DNA of 64,000 nucleotides from Pelomyxa schiedti (Eukaryota > Protista > Evosea): the NCBI GenBank assembly GCA_020536535.1, contig JAHLWZ010000113.1, positions 62,001 through 126,000 of the forward strand. Reading direction: 5' to 3'. How positions within the stretch are numbered: the stretch's first letter is position 1; each line of letters starts with the position of its first letter. Below, in pieces: positions 10,510 to 21,067 of this stretch. The translations under genes and the position numbers were made by a program. The notes under the pieces were generated by a model that was not told where the DNA came from, ran no database searches, and saw only the letters and a program-made list of their open reading frames with translations.

Positions 10510-12793
10510 CTAAGGGATGGATGTAGGGTGCACAGCAGTTGTCGACGGTGCGCAAGTGGTTGTGACGTTGCTGGAGCTCCTTGCTTCTACTACTTCTTCT
10601 TGCAATTCAAGCATCTGGTCTACAGCAGTGTTGGCTGTGGGTCCAACTATTTCCCAGACCACAGGCACTGGATCCACAATCAAGGAACTTGGAGGGAGAT
10701 CCACAACCGGAGCTCGCTTGGTGAACTCTTTGAAGTCGCTGGGAAGCAAATTGAACGCATCTACATTATCCACATCCTCCCAGGCCTCAATGAATGGTAA
10801 GAAATAAACACTTGATGTTGGAGGTAAACTCTGTGGCAGCTGTGCTATTAATGACTCCTTTCCTCCTGGGGTGTTGTCAAATAGGCCATGAGGGGTCCTG
10901 TTAACGATGATAGAGTAATTCCCTTTGATCATTGGAACAGCCTTGAGCACAGAGCTAAGTATAGCTTTGTCTTCCATTCGGATGTGGCCTGCTTCAAGAA
11001 CTACAACAAAGATCAGCTTGGATATTCCTGAAATCATATGACTGATTATGTCATCCATGTTTGGCTCATAGAATCCCGGTGTATCAACAAACCAGAACCC
11101 TTCATTATCCAACTTTTGCTGGCAGGTAGTAGTCAGACCAGTGCCAAACGAAAGGCCCGAGGGAAACGGTAAAGGACAACCAGGTCCCCGTGAGAAAATT
11201 GAATTCAGCAAAGTGCTCTTACCAACACCAGGGCTCCCCATCATAATGGTGGTGTGCCACTGTGTACCGTTGCATTGGGGTCTGTTGTTCACAATCTGTG
11301 TTTTGTTTGTTATCACAAGTTATCCAAAGTGATAGATAGTTCAGGGAATGAACCTCTGATTCCAGCCTAAAAAGGCCTCTGTCGGGGTGTGACATGATCT
11401 GGGACTTGTAAGGTGCAATGACAGGTTTAAATGGGTCATCCATGGGTGTCCCCCAATTCAAGGCGTCTGCAAGACTCTCCGAGAAGCCCCATGGGTCGAA
11501 GAAGGGCAGATTATGTGCCTTCAGCATAGAAGCAGCTGGAGCATTCCCAGGGAGGAGACTGGAAATCGGGGAAGAAATGTAGTCATGCAGCTGTAGCACC
11601 TTAACTCGTGTCCTATGCTCCACAGAGTCACGGAGTGAGGCTAGATCAGAGAAAAAAAAGGACTTTCCTGAGCCAGATCTTCCAATCTTGTGGTGGGAGT
11701 AAATGGATGAGCTATCATATTTGTCACCAAAGGAACATACAGGAATGTCGAAATCTGGCTGGGCTAGATTTGGCGACCTCATTCTTTCTGCTCCAAACCA
11801 CGCTCTAATTGCAACCTCTTTTGATGATGTACCATGTGTGGACTTGAAAACAGTCCAATTTCTTAATGGAGGCAAAAGACAAGCTGGCATCCATATTGTT
11901 AAGTTCAAATAAAAGAACTTGGAAGAGTGATGCACACATTCTGTTTGGTTGTCGAGTTTCTGTTGTACTTCATGTCGTTCTTGTTCACCTCGATTCATCC
12001 ACCCGGTCGGTGAAGCAACATGCACCTAATTCTGGATTAGGAAACATTAAGAAGTTCGCAAATTATGCCTTCTCCTCTGGAAGGTTATTTTCCTTCTGCT
12101 CTGTAAGCTTAGCTTGGTTCTTTCCCAGTGTAGGAACCACTTTTTCCACACAATAATTATTTGCCGCAAGTGCTTCTTCAACCTTTTTCTCAGAAACTTC
12201 GGGAGGATACCTGCCAGTATGTAAGCAGAAGTAATGGGTATGAAATAGACGAACGACGCCACTGCCGTCAAGAAAGCTGACGGTTGCAGCAATTTCTGAG
12301 TCGATTGACTCAATCGGTTGGCCGTGGTCGAGCCACCATCAAACGATTTCGCATCACGTGCGAAATCACCCCACCCATGGAACATATCGTCCTTCCACTC
12401 CCCAACGTAGCTCCCTCCATCCCTGTACAGCATTCTCCCATTCCCATTCTTCTTGCCGTGGTCGAACATGCGACGGTAGATGTCGCTCCAGCCATCAGGT
12501 GACCTCCATGTGCCACGCCCATGCCACTTGTCCCCGTCCAACTCACCCTCATACACTGCCACACGTTCCCCGCCCATTTGCCTCCTTTGGACGCCCCACC
12601 CATCCTGTGGTGTTTGATTCCACTCGCCATCCTTGACTTCACCCTTCTTGTAGTACCACGTTGGCTTCGTCAAACTGCCCAGTCCACTCCACCGACCCTC
12701 GTACCACATGTTGACACCTGGACCGTGCTTATTTGCGTCACCCCACTCGCCGTCGTAGGTGTCGCTTTGAAACTTGCAGCCAACAACCTTCAT
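10510..12793 (-). CDS. MORN repeats - CUE/UBA-like helical domain - unknown domain - intact AIG1-like GTPase (predicted single spliced gene)
   Basis: MORN motifs YDGEW..HGPG, YEGELDGDKWHGRG, YVGEWKDDMFHGWG. Frame-consistent introns 12211-12254 (GT-AG), 12026-12068 (GC-AG) and 11296-11353 (GT-AG) link these to the GTPase motifs GSPGVGKST, GTGLT, DTPG, LIFVVVLEAG, YSIIVNR. The start codon is uncertain. Confidence 0.65.
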
Positions 12794-12994
12794 CGTGGGT
12801 TTTGACAATGCACTAGCTGGCTCGTAATGTTGTGATTATGCGAAGGTGAACAAAAAAATCCGATTCTGAGTACCTAAATATAGTTGCAGACAACTCGAAA
12901 AACCCAACTTAGACACCAAGTTTAATGTTGGCAGCTGTGGCAAGGGTTCAATGCACACTCCCCCATCTGTTATTCATTGAGAAAGGGGAAAACA

Positions 12995-14411
12995 TCAGTG
13001 TTTATTGGAACAGTGGCTGTGTTTTGTGGCTGGAGGTGAGGGTCTTTCTGTGGTTGGTGAGGTGGTGTCGGCTCCGGCGTCTTTGTTCCTGGGCCTTTTG
13101 CTGGGAAGTGAGACTGCTGTTTTGTTGGGGTAGTCATCATCAGGGGCAGGCGGATGTTTGTTGCCGGTGGTGTCAGTCTTGAAGTACACCCTCTTCTTCT
13201 TCTTGTGCTTTGTGGGCACAGTGTTTGGCTTTGAGGGGACTGTTGTTGATGACGAGGATGAGGTGGTGGATGTTGATGATGATGAGGGTTGGGGGCTGGC
13301 TTTGTGCTTTGTTGTGGGGGTGGTTGAGTCGTGGGAATGATGGGCCTTTTGGGAACTCTTTTGCTGTGGACTTTCTTCTTTTTCAGTGTTTGTGATCCCT
13401 GGTCCTATGAAATGTGAGTTGTTGTGGAGGTTACTGGCAGATTTTACCTGGGTCACCTGGCTTTTTCTTTGCTGGGGACTCTTCATCTTCACTTTCGCCA
13501 TCTGGGGAGGATTCAGAGTCTTCACTATCTTCACTGTGGGGTTTTTTGTCACAAATGCTGGCGTTTTTGAAAGCAGGTGTTTCCAGCAGTGTGAGCATCT
13601 TGTCATGCGATAAAAAGTAGACTGTCTCACTGTAACCATCCTGTATCAGTGTTACCACCGAGTTTGTGAATTCCAACGTAGCTATAAAAGAATAAACTCA
13701 CAGGGCCAGAATCCCATTGTGCTAATTTGTATTCTTCAGGAATGAGAGAGTGGTAAATGAGAGACGTGTCACTATCATCATCATCCTCATCAGAACCTTG
13801 ATTCAGAATTTCAGCTACCACCCCTGTGGGGCTTCCACTAACAAAGTAGGTTGTGAAGAGCTGTTTTTGATAGTAAGTGTCAGTTTAGTCATAGTGGGAA
13901 ATACAGAGTGCAAGTTGAGCTAGTGAGACAAGACAGATTGTGAGGAGAGTTGTACAGTAAATAGAAAGCTCTGGAAACAAACAGTCCACTACTAATCAAA
14001 GTGAGTTGCAAGAATGGGAAGATGCATGTTCCACAAGGAAATGAAACAGTTTAGAACAAGAAACAAAGGCTCCATTGTAGGGAGGTGACGTTGCAAATGC
14101 CATGTAACCAACTTCAAAGTTGCAAAGAGTGAGATAGAAATGGATACATTCATCAAATTACAAATGAATCTGTTAAATCCAGAGTGGACAAACTTGTTTT
14201 TGTTCACTGCTTGGAAATTCTAAAAAAAAAAAAATTGAAAAAGAATGCAAAGGAGAATTGATGTTGAAGAATCTTGATCACAAACAATGGAATTATGATC
14301 AGAAACAGACACCAACTGTCCCACTTTTTCAGAAACAGATGAGAGGTTCTTTGGGTTTTTTTCTGTAACACACCCCCACAACTTCTTTCCATCCTGTGCC
14401 ACATTCTCCAC
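12995..14411 (-). pseudogene. Fragmented hypothetical gene with acidic and Ser/Thr/Lys-rich C-terminus (probably decayed)
   Basis: Protein-like pieces (GSDEDDDDSD; SEDSEDSESSPDGESEDEE; STSTTSSSSSTT..KHKKKKR) lie in different frames, and I could not join them with clean introns. Confidence 0.35.
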
Positions 14412-14589
14412 CTCTAAGACTTGAAGGGATACACCTGGTTACCACACCACTATTACACAAAACCATAAATAAAAACCATAAAAGACCATAAAAAAAAAAT
14501 CCACCACCAACAAAAATGGAGCCAACAGGCCAAGATGGGAGATAGAAACTCTGAATAAGCATCTCCCATGCCACCTCTCTTCTCCCACA

Positions 14590-15540
14590 GTCATTTATAG
14601 GAGCATACTAGAAAGCATCCCCCTCAATCTGGAACCAAGCCCTCTTGGTTGTAACCAACATGAAACCATGGGCCCATGTATGCAAAGTCACTCCAACTTG
14701 CTGGTATGGCTGGGATTCACCAGAGACAGTAAAACACATCCTAAACAGGTGCAAAAATAACTCTGGCACGAACTGAAACTGCACCCAATGAAGACCCTAA
14801 ACATAATTCCGAACTCCCCAGACTCAGCCATTTGTTGTAGGGCTATATAATATCCACAGTACCAGGCACCACCAATCATAGCAGAAACCAATCACAGCAT
14901 ACTCCACCCATAACAGACACCAGCCAACCAACCCACCATCTCAACCCCCTCTTGTGTACTTCCACAAAGTACACGAACTCAGCCTTGCTCACAAGGCTCT
15001 GAAGTCTGGTGCACTTTAGCAGGATTGGAGAGACTGAGGACTGAGCCGAATCTGGACCATTACCAGAATGAGACAGCGAAGGTAATGATCAGCACACAGT
15101 GCAGCTGGGCGCACAAATACAGCAACAAGAACGCGGCAGGCGGTTTTGATTATCCATTTGAACATCACAGCCTTTTAACCCAATCACACAACCACTCTGC
15201 GAGATTTTACACACTCCCTTTTTATCCCCTTACAACAATGACCAAACAAACAAGAGAACCCTTTATTCTCTTCACTCTCACTCGTTTTCTTCCTCTGTGG
15301 GACTTATTCTCGAGCCCACAGAAGCTAACACTCTGTATTGTGTAAACACTATTTAGTTAAGACACAGTTGTTAAGCAAACACATAACACATGAGAACAGT
15401 AACACCATTCAGCCCACAACATCCCTCTCCTAGACCACCACTCTTACATATTTACTTTCCTTGGTGACTTTTCCCCTACAACCTAACATCCACACCTTGT
15501 GACTTTGCCTTGACTACAACAATGTCTCTGAAACTTCACC
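14590..15540 (+). mobile_element. Possible degenerate 3' relic of a non-LTR retrotransposon (CCHC zinc knuckle)
   Basis: 14699-14752 translates C-W-Y-G-W-D-S-P-E-T-V-K-H-I-L-N-R-C, like the CRxGCxxxETxxHILxxC knuckle of non-LTR ORF2. It is flanked by stops in CpG-poor DNA. Boundaries are approximate. Confidence 0.4.
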
Positions 15541-15693
15541 CTTTCTTGGAGCTGTTTTGTGGAGCATTCAGCTGAGCACTGTGAGAGACCCTGGGCCCAG
15601 ACGTCACTTTTATTGAGTTGGCTGAAAAAAAAAAACACCGGACCGCAGACCCAGAGCACCGGACATTCCTGTCTGTTGAATCAACACAATTTG

Positions 15694-18600
15694 ATGGATC
15701 GAGGAATGCGAGGGGGCCAGTACACGGGTGTGTTCGTTGTTTGACAGATCTCTCCAACAAACACGTACCGTTTCTTATGATGATGATGTAGTGAGCACAG
15801 TCGCGGGGACGGGTATTAGCGGGCGTTTGGATGGCAGGTGCTATACCGCGCAATTTTGCTCGCCTAGTGGTGTTGCGTTGGACTGGGATGGCAATATTTT
15901 CGCAACCTCTAGTAATAGTGTGAGGGTGATCACTGTTTCAGGTTCACAACTCTTATGCGTTTTAGTATGATTGTAATCTATGCTGTTTGCAATCGGTTTT
16001 TGTTTTGTTGATTGTTTGTAGTGTGGGCGCTTTCCTACTACGGGAATTTCACTACAAATAATTGAAATCAACAAAAGGAGATGTTATGACAATTGGATGT
16101 GGAACTGCTGGGCATTTAGATGGCAATGGTACTGACGCTATGTTCAATGAACCATATGGAATAGCTGTTGATTTTTTGGGAAATCTTTTAGTTTCCGATG
16201 TGGCCAATCATTGCATCAGAAAGATCACACCACAAGGTAGCGAAAGAAACCTCGTTAATCAATACTCAATAGTCTTCGATATTAGGTGTTGTAAGCACAA
16301 TTGCTGGACAAGGTGGCAAGAAGGGATTTGTTGATGGGCCTTCTCAAAATGCCAGATTCCAAAGCCCCTATGACATCGCTGTCGATATTTATGGAACAAT
16401 TTTTGTGGCGGATTATGGAAATCACGCAATCAGGGCTATTTACTCCCAAGGTTCAAATGGAGGCCTGCTCTCACATTGACAACACCATGTTCTTGGCTTT
16501 GCTATACACCCTCCACTTCATCAGACAACGTGTTGATTACATGTACACTAGGTTATGTTGTCACAATTGGGGGAAACGGTAAGGCTGGCTTTGCTGATGG
16601 CCAGGGTTCAAAAACACTCTTCTCCTCACCGAGCAGTATTGCTCTTGATGGAGCCTCAAATATTTATGTGACTGACTCTGGGAATTTTCGAATAAGAAAG
16701 ATCACCCAAGATGGTAATAGTGGCCGTAATCAAACCAATTAATCCTCAACGTCTCTACAGGTACAGTCAGCACAGTCGCTGGCAGTATTTTTGGATTTGC
16801 TGATGGCCAGGCATCATTTTCCAAATTTGGATCCACAAGTGGAATTGCAGTTGATGTACTCGGTAATATCTATATAGCAGATTACTCAAATCATAAAATT
16901 AGAATGATATCTCAGACTGGTACTCAATTTCTGGTTATACCATTCCTTTTTATAAAAATGCATAGGAATGGTTAGTACAATTGCTGGAACTGGGAGTGGA
17001 GGTTTCTCAGATGGACTGGGTTCCACTGCTTCGTTTAACTATCCATATGGTCTCGCAGTGGATTTTTGTGGAAACGTCTACGTTGGGGACTGTGCAAACA
17101 ACCGCATCCGCAAACTAGTGCCTCCCACACCCTTGAATTACAAAAGCCCTAAGTATCTGCAACATTAATATATGCAATCCTTTCTATATCTCAGTCCTTT
17201 CCTAGAATTGTTTCCGACAAGGTGCGACAAGTCTTTTTCACTGGGTCTGCCAAGCAAATTCAACAGATACCGCAAGAAGAGTTATACTCATACGCCTTAC
17301 TTGATGTCATCCTCTCAACTACTAAGTTTCACGAAGGCAGTTCCGAAGTGCAGCGTGCTGTTAAGGCAATAGAGTGCCTGAAAAAGAGAGCCTCACCTCA
17401 AACAGAAATGATGCATGAGTGGTTACTTGGTGAGCTGCCCGGATGGATGGGATTTCAATCACTTGGTGTTGCATGCATGACTGGGCACTTAAAAATTGTT
17501 TCTGCTATACTTGATTGTGACCCCGACGGGTCTTTACACGGAAGTGACACATCTAGGTGTCTTTCATGTGGCTTGTCAAAAGTTTGTGAAAGTATGCAAG
17601 CACAAAATCTGTTTTTTTGCGGGTACATTGTGGAAAGGGTAGGAACTTACTCTAGCTAGGCTCTTCTCTCTGCCGAATGATAATAGAGCGCACTGCACAT
17701 GGGACGCTCTTCCTGGATTCTTGTACTATCGACAAAATTGCGTGCAATTATCCTGAATTGGTTCTATCACAAGACTCCCTTGCCAGTCAACTGACTCGTG
17801 AAACTCTTGCAAAACTCGCAACTTTATATCCCAGGGTCTTACTTAGCTATCCTTCATATGCAATCAAAGCACCTCCAGAAACTTTTATCCTGGCCATAAA
17901 ACAGCATGACCACGACGGTGAGTTCTCTACGGAACTCATTTCAGCTGGTGTTACAGTTGAGAAACCTAGTCTTCTTTATGATGCTCTCTCCGACGTTCTC
18001 ACATCTTCTGTTGTGGATAGTCTGCTTTTGGCTCGTTCCACTGTCACGAAGGAAAGCAAGACAACTACCAAGCCGTCTGTAACCACGAAAACGAGTCAAA
18101 TTGCTCCAACTTCTAAAACCCCTGTCAATAAAAGCGCAAAAAAGACTGCTAAGTCTCTGGGCACTACTAAGAGCTCAGTCCCACTCAGTACTAGTGCTCC
18201 TACCAAAACCACTTCCTCCCCTGCCAAAACTGGTACCTCCCCCACCAAGGCAAGTTCCAGGAAACAAGTTCAACACCCTGCCGATACTTCGTCCAGTACG
18301 AGTTGCAGTCCACTGCCCACTGAACCTCTTTCCAATGATAAGACTAGTAAGACTTGCACAGAAGCTCCCAGCGGTGCTAGTACCTCAACTCTAAGCAGTG
18401 CTCATACTCCAGACCAGTCTACAGTATCTGTTTATGTCGATGGGGACAAGACACCTGCCACCTTGGTTATCAGTTCCACTGATACTTTCGGCTCTGTCAA
18501 AAGCAAAATCGAGGTCTGCTGTGTTATTCCTTTCCTTGCTTACTCAAATGTTCCTCAAACAGGAAGAAATTCTGGACCCAGGAAAGCATGTTGGCAAGAT

Positions 18601-18718
18601 GTTCCTCGAGAAACCCCGTGTATTAATTAGAAGGCCACAACCAACCCACAACTTCCTTTCCCTAGCCTCCGAAGTCATGTTCGCCACCTTCTGCATCCAC
18701 GTTACAACAACCAACTGA
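15694..18718 (+). CDS. NHL-repeat (6-bladed propeller) protein with helical/ankyrin-like middle, Ser/Thr-rich linker and possible ubiquitin-like C-terminus
   Basis: Six repeats VSTxAG..G..DG...A.F..P.GIAVD..GNxYVxD..N..IRKI. Introns at 15942-16077, 16237-16285, 16451-16551, 16714-16760 and 16920-16965. Continues through ORFs at 17222 and 17677 to VSVYVDG..DTFGSVKSKIE. The start is uncertain. Confidence 0.8.
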
Positions 18719-18886
18719 ACCCCACAACCACACAAATAAAACAAATGCCCAACACCAGCCAAACAAAATCATCCTCTTTTTAAAAAAAAAACCTCCATAC
18801 CCATCATTACGAGATTCGCGAAAAGCGCTGTAGCGTACTCTCGCCGAACAACAACCAGAGCAAGGTAAAGGGGGGGGGGGGCAAAT

Positions 18887-20957
18887 ATGAGCAGCACGTG
18901 TTGCAGCGGGGCGGGGGTGGGGAGCACGAGCAGCCACAGGCAGCTGCTGCGGCAGAGCGCGGCGCTGCGGGACTACCGGCGGGGGTTCAGCGAGCAGCAG
19001 TGGTGGTACGTGGTGCAGCTGACCATGACGCACGGGCTGCGGACGCTGCGGGGGTGCCTGGACCTGACGCCCCTCAGCCCCGAGGAGCTCAGGCAGCTGG
19101 TCGTGGCCGTGGGCGACGACGGCGACCTCCCTGCTTATCTGGCGAAGCACCATCCTCAGTGGTGTGTGTGTGTGTGAGAGTGTGTTTGCGTTTGTTGAAT
19201 GCTGTTGTATCTGTTTGTGTTGGTTTTGTTTGCGGCGTGAGTATTCTCATTTTGTATTGTCGGTGCCCGCTTTTTTTTTTTTTTTTTTACATTTTAATCG
19301 GAATTCTTGTTTATGCAGTTTACTTCCTGGTGTTGATATTGATGTTCCATTGAGCACTAGTTACAGAGAGACTGATACAGAAAGAGAACGAGAAAGAGAA
19401 AAGCCCCAGGTTGTTGTCTGCCATTGTGGAATGGGGTGCAATTCAACTTGCAATCATCATGGAACCTCTTGTGTCTCAACACCGGAGAAGTGCTGCAGTA
19501 CCAGCACACACAATTCTCCTTGCGGCGGATGTTCCGTTACCTCCACCACCCGTTCGCCCGATTCTGTGGGGTGCTGTCAAAGTGCAGCTGCACGTTGTTC
19601 TTGTACAAACTGTATAAATTCTCACTCATGTAGACAACAACAGTACCATGAAACACCCTTGAACACCCAACATAATCACTTTCAAACACCTTTGCAAAGA
19701 ACTCCTTTCGTTACCCCAATTCGTCCATCAGTAGCAAGAAACCAAGGGTTACACCCGCCAACGGGTTCGCAACACTTCCAGTTTGCACAATCCCCAACAA
19801 GATCACAACACCCTCAGACTTTAAGTCACTCCAACAAACATTGTGTACACTGCCCACACCATTGTACTCCAAGTCACTGTCAGCCCCATCCCAAACCACG
19901 TGCCGAACGAGCTTGCTCTCCCGAAAGATCAAACCATCCAGCAGAACCTCACACTGTATACCCGCCTTGGTGGTACGGGGAATCACCTAATCCCCACACC
20001 CAAGAAGCTAAGCCACCAAAAGTACCTGTGATGGAATTTTCTCCTCCACACTCGCCTAGAGTGGCTTTACCAAAGCAGCGGTATGCTCCGCAATTAAGTT
20101 GTACTTCTATTAACCATAAATTGGGGGAAATCAAGGTTTTCGCTGAGCTGGGATGAACCCTACGGGTCAAGGCATTGTGTGGCCTGCAGAGCGGATCGTA
20201 CTACATCAAAGCAGTGGCGAGAACCAAGTACCCCAATGATGCGTCACAACAAACAGTATTGCTAAATAAGTCTCTCCACTCCTATCTGAGGCTGGTATTC
20301 AGGATAACACTGGGACTTCCATATGACCTTTCCAAAGTAAAATCCAAGGTGAAAGAGCAACTTGACATCGACAGAGAGAGAATGAGACTCATGAAACAAA
20401 GTAATTTTTACTTCATAACACTAAGTCACTAAATGCCTTGAAAGACCGTTCCCCCCCTTCCCAGACTGCCAGTCCTATTGACAAATCCCGCATGTTTACA
20501 ACTCCTAATTCAACAGTGCACTAAAATCCTTCACAGTACTACAAACAATACCAATCACAATACACATGAAATACCCAGCGGCATTCCCAAGCATGAAAAT
20601 CATTCCGAGTTAAAGGAATCCCACGATGTTCACAACGGGGATGTGGGTAGTGGTGATGATTGTAGTATGGAGAGCAATAACAACAATACTCACACAAAGC
20701 ACAACGGCGAGTCACAAACACAAAGTTCACCACAAGTCAACACAGGCACCACAACCAATCACTCAAGTGCCACTCGGTGGACAAATCAAGTTGGACTGAG
20801 TCAAACGGCTCAGATTATAAGGTTTCCCTCACATAAAGTACTGCATTGGATTGAAACACTTTTGAATAGGAAAGAAGCCTTGGAGATAGCTGCAAAACTA
20901 AAGGAATTGGAAGCAGATAGACTTAGACTACAACAGGAGCTCTTGGATGACCCCTAG
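18887..20957 (+). CDS. Hypothetical protein (Cys/His/Pro-rich, C-terminal coiled coil)
   Basis: GC-rich first exon 18887-~19160, then ORF segments 19319-20134, ~20190-20400 and ~20450-20957 ending LKELEADRLRLQQELLDDP. No family recognised. Confidence 0.55.
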
Positions 20958-21067
20958 CTTGTGAGAGCTAACCGGTATTTATGTAAATAAAGAAAACAAA
21001 AAGAGACTACGGCAATTGCCAAATAAGCCATTATTTTTTCCCCCGTTATAGTCAAGAAAAAAAGCCC

